Positions 9,765 to 20,230 of a stretch of DNA of 64,000 nt are shown here, in pieces (positions within the stretch are counted from its first letter, which is position 1; every line of letters starts with the position of its first letter). The translations under genes and the position numbers were made by a program. The DNA lies in assembly GCA_965140445.1 (NCBI GenBank), contig OZ223236.1, positions 4,032,001 through 4,096,000 of the forward strand, in the 5' to 3' direction. A model generated the notes under the pieces. That model was given only the letters and a program-made list of their open reading frames with translations. It was not told the origin of the DNA and did not search any database. This DNA is from Candidatus Ozemobacteraceae bacterium (GTDB taxonomy: Bacteria; Muiribacteriota; Ozemobacteria; Ozemobacterales; Ozemobacteraceae).

Positions 9765-10100
9765 GAAAAACGGTTTTCCAAAAAGAAAGGTCGAGCACTT
9801 CCATTTTCCTTGAATACAGAAACTTCATTGCTCTTCTAAGCTGACCAAATATCTTCATTTTTCCCTCAAAATACTGTTCTTAAAATTATATCAGTTGTTA
9901 TAAATTTATGAACAAGGCTGTGTTGATTTAATAGATTCCCAGCCCTACGCACAAAGGCTTATCACACTTTATCTTTATGTTCATTAAAATTTACTTGCAA
10001 AATTTATCATAGGGAATTTAGACTAGACTTATGAAGCAATTTTTCTAAAGTAAAGAACACACTCAGCATGAGCACAATGAGTTAAAAGAGATAATATCCC

Positions 10101-10715
10101 ATGAAGCTTAAGGCCTATGGTTGGTTTGATAAAGAAAGTCATGTAGCGCACAGCTATATTTTTCCAAAAATACAAGCCTTTCTCCCCTCCTACAATGTAA
10201 AAATTCTGGATATTGGCTGCGGAAATGGTTCGCTTACCCAAAAATTGGCCGACTTAGGTCACAAGGTTGTAGCTATAGACGCATCTAGCGATGGAATAAA
10301 AATAGCTCAAAAGGAGTTTCCAAACATTACTTTTTACAACAAGTCCGTATACGAAGATTTAAGTTTTTTAAAAGAAATGAAATTTGATTTTATTGTTTCC
10401 TCAGAGGTAATTGAGCATCTGATGTATCCTAAATGTCTAATTAATAAAGCTTTTGAACTATTAAAACCTGGTGGAAATTTTATTTTAACAACTCCATATC
10501 ATGGATATTTAAAAAATCTTTTATTAAGTGTGTTTAATAAATGGGATGACCACTTCACGGTCAATTGGGATGGAGGACACATAAAGTTTTTTTCAGAAAA
10601 AACTCTTATCAAGATGCTAAATGAGGAGGGATTTGTTTCGCCAAAATTTAAAAATGCAGGAAGGCTTCCCTTAATCTGGAAATCAATTGTTTGTATGAGT
10701 CAAAAACCAAAATAA
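10101..10715 (+). CDS. Class I SAM-dependent methyltransferase (UbiG-like fold)
   Basis: ILDIGCGNG, FDFIVSSEVIEH, LKPGG, GGHIKFFS. Confidence 0.9.
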   Translation: MKLKAYGWFDKESHVAHSYIFPKIQAFLPSYNVKILDIGCGNGSLTQKLADLGHKVVAIDASSDGIKIAQKEFPNITFYNKSVYEDLSFLKEMKFDFIVSSEVIEHLMYPKCLINKAFELLKPGGNFILTTPYHGYLKNLLLSVFNKWDDHFTVNWDGGHIKFFSEKTLIKMLNEEGFVSPKFKNAGRLPLIWKSIVCMSQKPK

Positions 10716-11902
10716 TGAAAATATTACATCTAATTGGAAGTTTATCGCCTCGACTTGGCGGTCCATCAAAAGCATGCCTCGAAATGGCAATGGCAATAGC
10801 AGAAAGAGGTCATGATGTGGAAATTTTTACGACCAATTTTGATGGTATAAGAGACTTAGAGGTTCCCTTAATTAAGCCCATTAAAACCAAAGGAATCAGC
10901 ATAAGTTATTTTCCGGTTTCCCTGTTTCGAAATTGGGTTTTTTCTTTGGAGTTAGCAAAAGCATTAAAAAATAGACTTAAAGAATTTGATCTTTTGCATA
11001 TTCATTCCCTATACTTGTTTCACAATTTTATTGGCGGTTATTTCGCTAGAAAATATTCAATTCCCCATATTATTCGCCCTCACGGTACACTTGACCCTTA
11101 TCTCCATAAAAGACATCGATTTCGAAAAGCGATTGTAGAAGCTCTATTTGAAAATCGAAACCTTTCAAACGCCTCCGCAATACATTTTACAAGTAGAGAA
11201 GAACAACAATTAGCGGCACCACATATTTTTGGAACAAAAAGTTTCATTGTGCCAAATGGTTTAAATCCTGCAGATTACTCATGCATGCCAACAGCAGGGA
11301 CTTTAAAACGTTTTTTCCCTCAAACAGAAAATAAAAAAAATATTCTATTTTTTGGACGTCTTAATTTCAAAAAAGGATTGGATTTAATAATACCAGCCTT
11401 TATAAAATTAGCAAAAGAATCGCCAAGCTACCACTTAATTCTTGCGGGGCCTGATGATGAAGGGTTCGGAAACATGGCAGTTAAGCAGTTAAAAAAGAAC
11501 AATTTGCAGACCGTTGGCAATCACTCAAGATTAACGCTCACAGGAATGGTAGAAGGGGAAAAAAAGCTAGCTTTGCTAAATGAGTCTGATATTTTTGTAT
11601 TACCATCTTACACTGAAAATTTTGGAATATCAGTTATAGAAGCGATGTCTTGTGGCCTTCCCGTAATAATTTCAGACAAAGTAAATATTTGGCGAGAAAT
11701 AGTTAAAGATGGCGCAGGTATTGCCGGGCCTTGCGATTCTAATTGGCTTTCTGATGCAATTTTCTATTTACTAAATAACCCAAAATTAAGACATGAAATG
11801 TCCCAAAAAGGAAAAGTTTCTGTCCAATCAAGATTTGAGTGGAAAAAAATAGCCGAAACTCTTGAGAAAGAATATGAGGCAATAATAAAAGCATCAAGCT
11901 AA
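10715..11902 (+). CDS. Glycosyltransferase family 4
   Basis: MKILHLI...GGP, PHGTL, FFGRLNFKKGLD, PSYTENFGISVIEAMSCGLPV; likely start ATG at 10715 (TAATG overlap), ORF track starts 10691. Confidence 0.92.
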   Translation: MKILHLIGSLSPRLGGPSKACLEMAMAIAERGHDVEIFTTNFDGIRDLEVPLIKPIKTKGISISYFPVSLFRNWVFSLELAKALKNRLKEFDLLHIHSLYLFHNFIGGYFARKYSIPHIIRPHGTLDPYLHKRHRFRKAIVEALFENRNLSNASAIHFTSREEQQLAAPHIFGTKSFIVPNGLNPADYSCMPTAGTLKRFFPQTENKKNILFFGRLNFKKGLDLIIPAFIKLAKESPSYHLILAGPDDEGFGNMAVKQLKKNNLQTVGNHSRLTLTGMVEGEKKLALLNESDIFVLPSYTENFGISVIEAMSCGLPVIISDKVNIWREIVKDGAGIAGPCDSNWLSDAIFYLLNNPKLRHEMSQKGKVSVQSRFEWKKIAETLEKEYEAIIKASS

Positions 11903-11986
11903 ATATTTTTAATTTTTAAAGAACTAAATTTAGATTGGATCTAGTTAAATGAAATATATTATGAATTCTAGTTTTGAGGACTCAAA

Positions 11987-12856
11987 ATGAATAGCTCTCC
12001 ATACTTTTTTATTTTTCACCTGTTTGGATATATTTTTCGGCGAATCCCTTTTTGGATAAAAGGAAAAGGTTTTTTACAAAGGGCTCTGCTTGCAAGACTT
12101 ATTCGAGGAAAAAAAATGGTTTTTAAAGTACCTTTAAAGCACAGTCTAGGCCTAAAAAAAATTGATTTTTTATGCAACGTTGACGACTGGTTGCCCTGGC
12201 AAGTTTTTTGTAATGGATTTAATCTTGGAGAATATGAGTCTGAAAAATTTATGCTTTCAAGTGAATGTAATAAAAATTCAATAATTATGGATATTGGAGC
12301 AAATGTTGGATACTATTCAGTGCTTCTCTCAACTAAATTCTTCTCATCGAAGGTTTTTGCATTTGAACCCTTTTCATCACAATATTCATTTTTGGAAAAA
12401 AACCTAAAGCTTAATTCATTAAATAATTGTTTCCCGCTTAAATTAATAGTTTCAGACAATTGCAAGCCTAAAAAGATTTATTATTCCTGCGACCAAAATA
12501 CGGGTGCAACTTCAATACATAAAAAATCTAAAATTTTTGAAACGGTTAGTTCCATTTCATTGGATGTGTTTTGCGAAAAAGAAAAAATTGATTTTATCGA
12601 TTTAGTAAAAATTGATGTGGAAGGTCATGAGCTAAATGTTTTAAAAGGAATGGCAAAACTACTTAAGTTAAAAAAAGTGAAAAATATTTTCATAGAAATT
12701 CTTGAAGAAAACCTTATATGCAATAATTCAACCAGAAAAGAAATTGTATCTCTTTTAAACAAATTTGGGTATGAAGGATTTTATATGGACGGGAAAATAG
12801 AGAAGAAGTATAACGGTTTATTCGATTGTGACCTAGTTAACTTTAGAGTTCCATAA
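11987..12856 (+). CDS. FkbM family methyltransferase
   Basis: DIGANVGYYS, FAFEP, KIDVEGHE motifs. Confidence 0.92.
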   Translation: MNSSPYFFIFHLFGYIFRRIPFWIKGKGFLQRALLARLIRGKKMVFKVPLKHSLGLKKIDFLCNVDDWLPWQVFCNGFNLGEYESEKFMLSSECNKNSIIMDIGANVGYYSVLLSTKFFSSKVFAFEPFSSQYSFLEKNLKLNSLNNCFPLKLIVSDNCKPKKIYYSCDQNTGATSIHKKSKIFETVSSISLDVFCEKEKIDFIDLVKIDVEGHELNVLKGMAKLLKLKKVKNIFIEILEENLICNNSTRKEIVSLLNKFGYEGFYMDGKIEKKYNGLFDCDLVNFRVP

Positions 12857-12936
12857 AAATTCAGATAAACACTAGAATTTTATTTTTTTCAAACTAATAT
12901 TAAACTCCTTACCCTTAAAAAAAGGTATAAATTAAA

Positions 12937-13779
12937 ATGAAAGCATCTGTTATAATTTTAACATTTAATTCTGAACATATTATTGAAAAAACTCTCGAAA
13001 GTGCCCAAAAGGTTTCAGATGATGTTTTAGTAGTGGACTCCTTTAGCTCCGACAGAACAATAGAAATATTAAAGAGCCAAAAAGTTAAATTCTTTCAAAG
13101 AAATTTTTTAAACTACGGGGACCAAAGAAACTGGGCAATTTCAAGTTTGCCTGTGAAATACGAATGGCAATTGCACCTCGATGCCGATGAGAGACCATCA
13201 AAAGAACTTACGAAAGAAATTATTGATTTAAACGAAGCAGATTTAAGTGATTTAAATGGTTTTTTTCTTCCAAGACTGGTTTTATTTATGGGAAAAAAAA
13301 TCCAGCACGGTGGAATGTATCCGATCTGGCACATGCGTTTATTCCGTTCGAATTTTGGAAAATGTGAAGAACGAAAATATGATCAACACTTTTTTGTTTC
13401 AGGAAAGACTTCAAAACTTTCCTCGCCCATGCTTGATGACATGAGTTTCATGACAATTGATGAATGGACCAATCGTCATAACAAGTGGGCAAACGCAGAG
13501 GTGGAAGAAATTCTTGGGGAAAACGAACAAGGAAGAATTAAAGCAAGGCTAACCGGCGGCAATCCAGTTGAACAAAAAAGATACTTTAGAAAAATTTATA
13601 GTAAATGTCCTCTATTTTTAAGAGCTTTTCTTTTCTTTTTTTACAGATATTTTATTTTACTTGGTTTTTTGGATGGAATCCCAGGCCTAATTTTCTTCTT
13701 TTTACAAACTTGTTGGTTTAGATTTCTTGTAGACGCAAAGCTTTTTGAAAAAACTTCATCTAAAGAGGTACAATTTTGA
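12937..13779 (+). CDS. Glycosyltransferase family 2 (beta-1,4-glucosyltransferase-like)
   Basis: SVIILTFNSE, VVDSFSSDRT, QRNWA, LDADE, LGFLDG motifs. Confidence 0.92.
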   Translation: MKASVIILTFNSEHIIEKTLESAQKVSDDVLVVDSFSSDRTIEILKSQKVKFFQRNFLNYGDQRNWAISSLPVKYEWQLHLDADERPSKELTKEIIDLNEADLSDLNGFFLPRLVLFMGKKIQHGGMYPIWHMRLFRSNFGKCEERKYDQHFFVSGKTSKLSSPMLDDMSFMTIDEWTNRHNKWANAEVEEILGENEQGRIKARLTGGNPVEQKRYFRKIYSKCPLFLRAFLFFFYRYFILLGFLDGIPGLIFFFLQTCWFRFLVDAKLFEKTSSKEVQF

Positions 13780-14714
13780 ATTGCCCTTCCTGTAAAAAAA
13801 AAGGAGAATTAAAGCTTTCATCGCTATATGATTCAAGATTTGGAATACCTGGAAGATGGTCTATTTATGTTTGCAAAAATTGTCTAGAATGGTTTACTGT
13901 TCCGCGACCATCTCAAAAAGAGTTAACTCAATACTATGAAAATTTTTACAATTTTATTGGTTCCAAAACCCCATTCTACAATAAATTGCGAATTAAAATT
14001 TTGAATTCCAAAATTTACAAATTTTGGCTTATGATTGATGGAGACATTTCATTTTTTTTACAACAAGGTACCGGCAATCTCTTAGACATAGGTTGCAACG
14101 AAGGAAGAACACTAGAATTATATAAAAACAATGGATATAAAGTGCAAGGAATTGAACTAAATTCAATAGCCGCAGCTTCTGCCAGAAAAAAAGGCTTTGA
14201 AGTCTTTTGTGGGCAAATCAATAACTTTGATAAAAAAGAAGAATTTGATGTTGTGGTTTTGTCAAACGTTTTAGAACATGAGTTAAATCCCAACGAAATG
14301 CTTTGGAAAGTTAATTCGGCATTAAAAATGAACGGTGAAATCTGGTTGAGTTTTCCAAATAGAAATAGCTTCTTTCGCCAAATTTTCAAAAAAAAGTGGA
14401 TAAATTGGCACATGCCTTTTCATATATCTCATTTTTCCAAGCAAATTATATGTAAAAAGTTGGAAAATTGTGGATTTAAGGTCTTTGAAACCCTTTTTGA
14501 AAGCCCATCTCAATGGATTACATTGTCAATTTTATCTGTTATCTTCGCGAAACCAGAGAAAACAACCAAGCAGTTACAAAACCCAGTTTACTTAATTTTT
14601 CTAATGCTAATTACTCGATTTGTATTCTTTCCATTTCTGGCGATACTAAATCTCTGTGAAAAGGGTGACTGCCTAATTATTAAAGCAAGAAAGGTTGTAA
14701 GTTTAAGAAAATGA
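13776..14714 (+). CDS. Class I SAM-dependent methyltransferase with N-terminal zinc-finger
   Basis: CPSC...CKNC, LLDIGCNEG, NVLEH, PFHISHFS. Confidence 0.88.
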   Translation: MNCPSCKKKGELKLSSLYDSRFGIPGRWSIYVCKNCLEWFTVPRPSQKELTQYYENFYNFIGSKTPFYNKLRIKILNSKIYKFWLMIDGDISFFLQQGTGNLLDIGCNEGRTLELYKNNGYKVQGIELNSIAAASARKKGFEVFCGQINNFDKKEEFDVVVLSNVLEHELNPNEMLWKVNSALKMNGEIWLSFPNRNSFFRQIFKKKWINWHMPFHISHFSKQIICKKLENCGFKVFETLFESPSQWITLSILSVIFAKPEKTTKQLQNPVYLIFLMLITRFVFFPFLAILNLCEKGDCLIIKARKVVSLRK

Positions 14715-15952
14715 AAATTTTGATTTATGGGTTAAATTTCGCTCCCGAAATAGTTGGCTGCGGAAAATACAACGCAGAAATGGCAAACTGGTTAAGGAAA
14801 AATGGTCATGAAGTTAGAGTAATTGCAGCCCATCCGTATTATCCCAGCTGGAAAATTCAAAAAGGTTATTCTAGCTTAAAATTCTTTAGGGAAAAATGGT
14901 GGGGCAAAGTTAAAGCAATTAGATGTCCAATATATATACCTGAATTTCCCACTGGGGTAAAAAGGCTTGTTCATCTTTTTTCATTTGCTATTTCAAGCAT
15001 CCCTGCCTTGATTGCCAATTTAAAATGGCAACCAGACATTGTGTTTAACATCGCCCCAACAATAATCTCATCCCCTTTAGCTATTATTTTTTCAAAATTC
15101 TGCAAAGCAGTTTCATGGCTTCATATTCAGGATTTTGAGCTTGAAGCTGCATCTGGACTAAATTTAATAAAAAATAAAAAATTGATTTTTTTTGCGAACT
15201 TGATTCAAAATGCAATTTTAAACTCATTCACGATCATTTCATCAATTTCTCCTGAAATGATCAAAAATCTATCTAGAAAAGGAATTGTCAAAAAGAAGAC
15301 CTTTTTATTACCAAACTGGGTAGATTTGACTAAAATTTTTCCCCTGCCTAATCCCCAAACAATAAAAAAAGATTTTGGTTATGCTTTAAGCAAAGTCATT
15401 TGCTTATACTCTGGCAACATTGGAAAAAAACAAGGCTTGGAAATAATTATTGAATGTGCAAAAATTCTAGAAAAGGAAAAAGAGATTGAATTTCTAATTT
15501 GTGGAGAAGGTTCCGAAAAACCAAAATTAATTGAGTTGGCTAAAAATCTTGGATCAGTAAAATTTTTGCCTCTCCAGCCAAACGCTGACTTTAATAAACT
15601 AATGAACCTAGCAGACATACATATTCTCCCCCAAAAATCAGATGTAGCAGATTTAGTTTTACCATCTAAACTTTCAGGAATTTTGGCAAGTGGAAAACCC
15701 GTTATTGCAACTGCGTCTCCAGACACCCAAATTTTTAACACCCTTAGAAACATAGGGATTACAGTGAAGCCTGAATCATCATCTCAAATGGCAAAAGCAA
15801 TTTTGTTTCTCGCACATAGACCAGAACTAAGAAAAGACCTAGGGGCAAAAGCTCTCCGCTACACATGTGAAAATTTGAATAAAGAGCAGATTTTAAACAG
15901 TTTTTTAGAAAAAGCGCATATATTATTTAACCAAAAAAATGTATCAAAATAA
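14711..15952 (+). CDS. wcaI: WcaI-like glycosyltransferase family 4
   Basis: MKILIYGLNFAPEIVGCGKY, PYYPSW, WLHIQDFE, YSGNIGKKQGLE, LPSKLSGILASGKPV match the WcaI pattern. Confidence 0.85.
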   Translation: MKILIYGLNFAPEIVGCGKYNAEMANWLRKNGHEVRVIAAHPYYPSWKIQKGYSSLKFFREKWWGKVKAIRCPIYIPEFPTGVKRLVHLFSFAISSIPALIANLKWQPDIVFNIAPTIISSPLAIIFSKFCKAVSWLHIQDFELEAASGLNLIKNKKLIFFANLIQNAILNSFTIISSISPEMIKNLSRKGIVKKKTFLLPNWVDLTKIFPLPNPQTIKKDFGYALSKVICLYSGNIGKKQGLEIIIECAKILEKEKEIEFLICGEGSEKPKLIELAKNLGSVKFLPLQPNADFNKLMNLADIHILPQKSDVADLVLPSKLSGILASGKPVIATASPDTQIFNTLRNIGITVKPESSSQMAKAILFLAHRPELRKDLGAKALRYTCENLNKEQILNSFLEKAHILFNQKNVSK

Positions 15953-16107
15953 AATTAGTCTGTTAGTCTAGCGTTTCTAAAAAATTATCTTAGGGAAACG
16001 ATTTTTATTCATTTAGCCCATAAAACATTCAAATTGAAAAGCCTAAAACTATTATTGCTTCAAATCCTACAAATGGCTTTTAAATTTTCAAGCATTTTTT
16101 TCAGACC

Positions 16108-16150
16108 AAGAATCCAAAGGCTCCTACTATGTAGGAGCCTTTGGATTCTT
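16108..16150. terminator. Bidirectional terminator-like hairpin between convergent operons
   Basis: Perfect 20-bp stem AAGAATCCAAAGGCTCCTAC-TAT-GTAGGAGCCTTTGGATTCTT between convergent wcaI-like and SLBB genes. Confidence 0.75.
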
Positions 16151-16214
16151 TCAAGTCTTAATCAATTAATAAATATGTTTTCTTTATAGTTCCCTAATTA
16201 TCTTTGAGAACTTT

Positions 16215-18746
16215 TTAATTATTCCATCTATCAATTGTATAAACAGTAATCAACAAGCTTGAGACTGTTTTTAGAATGTCCATTGATCGCTGCCATCTAT
16301 CCACAGGAACCCGGATTTTTGTAGGAACAAAAATTGTATCTCCAGGTTCAGCAAAAGTTTTATCAATAAATCCTCTTCCCGAGGTATTGCGGCTAACAAC
16401 CGTACCATCAGCTCTAATTAAATAAGTGTTACTCAAATCACCAGTTTTCGTTACTCCACCGACACGATTCAAATAATACCTTAGGCTCTTGTTATTTTCC
16501 CATAAAATCCCCATCGAGTTGTAAACAGCCCCCTCAATCATTACAGATGAAGGTCTAGAAGGAATGAAAAGTTCGTCACCAGGTTCTAGAACAACATCAA
16601 ACCTTGAATTTGAAAACTTCTCTAAATCATCCAACTTAACAACAACGCGCCCCTCTGGTTGAGTTCGCTCAAGAGCTAACTCCAGCTCACTCTGTTTTTC
16701 TATAGCGAATTTTCTAGCTTGAGTTTCTGAATCATAGGAGCGAATGTAATATTTACTTTTTTCGGTTTCGATAGACTGTTCTTGTCTAAGTTGACTCAAC
16801 CGAACTTCCTTATTCTTTTTTTGCACGTCTTTGACAGACAAGCGGGTAAAAACTCCTGCTTTTAAATAAGCTCTTTGTCCGAAACCTTGAGCTCTCTTAA
16901 TTACAGAACTAAGCTTTTCTCCAGGCTGGAAGCTGTATCTTCCAGGATACTTGAACTCGCCCTTTAAAGTAATATAATTGTCAATTTTCCATTCAGGAAC
17001 ACTTTTAACCATAAGACTATCAAATGGTTCAACCTCAAGATTGTGTCTAGAATCATCATTCATTGCCTTACCCAAATCAACTTCAATACGAGTCAAAACT
17101 AATTCGCCATTTTTAATAGACCTTCTTGAAAGTTCTGCCGTAGAAAGACTCACACCATTCTTAAGTCCACCACTTCTATAAATCAAATCTTTAATGCGCA
17201 TTCCTGGTGTAAATGGCATTGTTCCCGGAGTAATAACATGGCCCGTAACTGAAACCATTGCACTGTCCTTCATTAATGCCAATGGAAAAATAACGATTCT
17301 ATCTTTGGCCTTCAATTCTATATCAGCATTTTTGTCTCCTTCAAGAATCTTACCGGGGTTAAAACTTACAACTTGGTATTCGCCACCAAGTCCTCCCTCT
17401 CTAAGAATCTCCCCATAATCAAGAGCAGGATTCTTCTTAAGCATATTTGCTGAACTTAGAATTTCACTTAGCATGATCCCTTCTTTAAATGGCCTTGGTC
17501 CTGCTTCAAAAACATGTCCTTCCAAAGAAATCATTTGCTTCTCTCTTGGACTAATTGAAAAGACCCTAATTGCATCTAAATCTTGAACTGGTGTAGAGTT
17601 TCCAGAGAAACTGCTATCTTTTCTTGAAATCTCCCGAGAAAAAATAATCTGTTCCTTATGGGCTATAAGTCTTTGAATCTGAATTTTTTGCAAATCTGCT
17701 GTTGGAATAATGCCTCCAGAAATTTCAAGCGCTTCTCCCAATGTCATTTCTTTACTAGTTAATTCATAAATAGCAGGTCTTTTAACTGCCCCAGAAATGT
17801 AAACACGACTTCCAGCAAGTGGAACAAAAACTGTATCTCCGTCACGGAGATCCACATCACCAGATCTATCACCTTTTGTTAAGAAATCGTATACATCAAA
17901 TTTCCCAACAAGTTTCTTTCCCCGTCTAACTTCAATCTTTCGAAGAGAGCCTTTTAATGTTGGGCCTCCCGCAGCCATCAATGATGTAAGGGCAGTAGAT
18001 CCTCCCTCAAGGCCATAAACGCCAGGACTGTGAACTTCTCCAACAACAAAAACATTATTTTTTCTTGGCTTAACTGGCACAACAGATAGGTCAAAACCAG
18101 TCAATTTTTCCGAAATTACTTCGTTTATCTTTATTTTTAAGCCAGAGAAAGATAAGCCATTTGCATTAAAGAAACCGTAATTGGGCATTAAAAAATCTCC
18201 GTTGGCAGAGATTTGGGTTGTAAAAGACGCATCTTCGCTTCCCCAAACTCCAACATGAAAGACATCGCCAGGCCCAACTAAATAAGAATCACTTATTGAA
18301 ACCTTTCCTGACACCGTATAATTTGATTGATTAAACATGTCATAACCAAAGTGCTTTAGAGATTCGGCTTTACTATTTGGCTTTTTCAAATTAAAAACAG
18401 ACTTTTTCTCAATTTTGTTTTGATTCTCATCTACAGATGATCTAACTCTATCTTCGCCGTCAATAGAAAAAGTTTGAGTTTCAGATTCTTCTTTTTGCAA
18501 CCGTTCTTCTGTGTTTTGATTATCAGAAGATTTATCTTTTATCATTTCTCCAAACAGTTTTTGGGTTGGGTTAGGAAGATTAAATCCATCAACTCCTTGA
18601 CTAACAAAACCAGTCCTTACACTATCAGATGGTGAGGCGCCGAAGGCTATCCCCCCTGAAATAAGGAAAACACCAATAGCAGAAATTGCTGCTTTCCGAA
18701 ATAAAGATCGTAATGCGCTCTCACTGGATCTTTGGTTTAATGACAT
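16215..18746 (-). CDS. Polysaccharide export outer-membrane protein with multiple SLBB domains (Wza/KpsD/OtnA-like)
   Basis: HFGYDMF, YLVGPGD..V.VWG poly_export motif, repeated V.GEV..PG.Y / L.DGD SLBB repeats. Confidence 0.92.
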   Translation of the reverse strand: MSLNQRSSESALRSLFRKAAISAIGVFLISGGIAFGASPSDSVRTGFVSQGVDGFNLPNPTQKLFGEMIKDKSSDNQNTEERLQKEESETQTFSIDGEDRVRSSVDENQNKIEKKSVFNLKKPNSKAESLKHFGYDMFNQSNYTVSGKVSISDSYLVGPGDVFHVGVWGSEDASFTTQISANGDFLMPNYGFFNANGLSFSGLKIKINEVISEKLTGFDLSVVPVKPRKNNVFVVGEVHSPGVYGLEGGSTALTSLMAAGGPTLKGSLRKIEVRRGKKLVGKFDVYDFLTKGDRSGDVDLRDGDTVFVPLAGSRVYISGAVKRPAIYELTSKEMTLGEALEISGGIIPTADLQKIQIQRLIAHKEQIIFSREISRKDSSFSGNSTPVQDLDAIRVFSISPREKQMISLEGHVFEAGPRPFKEGIMLSEILSSANMLKKNPALDYGEILREGGLGGEYQVVSFNPGKILEGDKNADIELKAKDRIVIFPLALMKDSAMVSVTGHVITPGTMPFTPGMRIKDLIYRSGGLKNGVSLSTAELSRRSIKNGELVLTRIEVDLGKAMNDDSRHNLEVEPFDSLMVKSVPEWKIDNYITLKGEFKYPGRYSFQPGEKLSSVIKRAQGFGQRAYLKAGVFTRLSVKDVQKKNKEVRLSQLRQEQSIETEKSKYYIRSYDSETQARKFAIEKQSELELALERTQPEGRVVVKLDDLEKFSNSRFDVVLEPGDELFIPSRPSSVMIEGAVYNSMGILWENNKSLRYYLNRVGGVTKTGDLSNTYLIRADGTVVSRNTSGRGFIDKTFAEPGDTIFVPTKIRVPVDRWQRSMDILKTVSSLLITVYTIDRWNN

Positions 18747-18762
18747 TCTTATGACTCCTTAA

Positions 18763-20034
18763 TCAGCTCTTATTAGTCACCGGGTTTATCAAAGTGGTTA
18801 CCAATAGGTAGCCACAGGCTAAGAATAGGCCTACGATAGCTCCATAAATGCTTTGCAATCTCACGTTTGGAGCAATTTGCATCGCAGTTACTGCCGGATC
18901 GAGCACGTAGAAACTAGTTGGTTCCATTTGTTCTTTAAGTTTGGCAAGCTCAAGCTTTTCAACGAGCATAGAATGGATTTTTTCCATATTTTCCTTTATT
19001 CGTCTTAGCTTTGAATGTTCAGCTGCAAGATTTGGGACAGCAGAAACACCGCCATCAATAATTTCGGTATATCTATGTTTTTCATTTACATTTAAATTGT
19101 CAATATTGCCGTTCTCTTGAAAACTAATCTCTGATTTAATTGAGTCTAACTCCCTCCTTAGTCGCCTGATTTCATCCTTAGGCGAAGTCGGAGAATTTTC
19201 TAGAATTTCTAATTCCCGGCTCTTAACAATAAGTTGAGATTTTAGACTCTGAATAACATTTAGAGCTGATTTTGCCTGAGTATCTAATGAAATTAACTTA
19301 TGCTTAACTTCAAATTTGCGAAGATCTTCTTCAGTTTTTTCTAAAGAAGCTTCATAAAGCTTACTTTGCTTTTCTAAATACTGACGATTTTTTGACTCTT
19401 GATTAAGACTATTAGATTCAATATATTTTCTTAACACTTCTAAATACTTGTTAGCAGTTGCAACAGCTAAATCTGGATTTGTCATGTTACAAACCATCAC
19501 AGGTGGTTTGGTATGATTGGTTAAATCAACCATAATGGCACCACGAACCATCGCGGCAAGTCTTTCCTTGTAGAGAGGATGATTTTTATCTGCTCCTGGC
19601 CAAAAGTGATCAGATAATTCTGGCAATTCGTCAACGACTAACTTTGCCAAAGATCTACTATAAATAATAAGTAGAAGCTGCCTTGCAATATCCTTTTTCA
19701 TTGACGTCGTTTCAGTGATAAAGCTTCCCATAGAATTCGAAACAGGAAAAACAGTACCCCCATTATCGCGGTTCCACCTTGATCCTTCAAGAGCAAAGAA
19801 ACTGGCCCTCGCTTGATAAATTTTTGGGGAAAGCATTCCAAGAATCAGGGCAATCAAAAAACCCAAAGCAGTCATTGCTATTATAAAAAATCTGCGTTTT
19901 ATGAAAACCTCATACATTGGAGGACCATCCTCCAGACCAGACTTTCGATTCCCATTATCGTGCTTTAATCTATCATGCCTAGAAGCAGATTCCTGAGGAA
20001 AACCATCAAATTCATTATTATTTATTTCGTTCAT
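18763..20034 (-). CDS. Wzz/GumC-type polysaccharide co-polymerase without kinase domain
   Basis: Two TM helices flanking coiled-coil periplasmic region; PKIYQARAS and VLDPAV...P motifs; no Walker A or Tyr-rich tail. Confidence 0.85.
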   Translation of the reverse strand: MNEINNNEFDGFPQESASRHDRLKHDNGNRKSGLEDGPPMYEVFIKRRFFIIAMTALGFLIALILGMLSPKIYQARASFFALEGSRWNRDNGGTVFPVSNSMGSFITETTSMKKDIARQLLLIIYSRSLAKLVVDELPELSDHFWPGADKNHPLYKERLAAMVRGAIMVDLTNHTKPPVMVCNMTNPDLAVATANKYLEVLRKYIESNSLNQESKNRQYLEKQSKLYEASLEKTEEDLRKFEVKHKLISLDTQAKSALNVIQSLKSQLIVKSRELEILENSPTSPKDEIRRLRRELDSIKSEISFQENGNIDNLNVNEKHRYTEIIDGGVSAVPNLAAEHSKLRRIKENMEKIHSMLVEKLELAKLKEQMEPTSFYVLDPAVTAMQIAPNVRLQSIYGAIVGLFLACGYLLVTTLINPVTNKS

Positions 20035-20072
20035 ATTCCAATCCTAGCCAATTAGATTTTCGGCCAATCTAC

Positions 20073-20100
20073 TTATCGACCGAATATATAAAAAACATTA
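20073..20100 (-). promoter_or_regulatory. Candidate sigma28 (FliA/SigD) promoter for wzz-like/SLBB operon
   Basis: Minus strand TAAT-16 nt-GTCGATAA, 38 nt upstream of the ATG at 20034. Confidence 0.55.
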
Positions 20101-20230
20101 CACCTAATTTAATTATACTTTTTTTTTCCATTTTTTTAAAGCAAACTATTCATTAAAACTTGATTCTCTAACTCTTTTCGATTTACCAAGTAAATTCTTT
20201 CTTCCAAATTAGAGTTTAAAATAGTTCATT

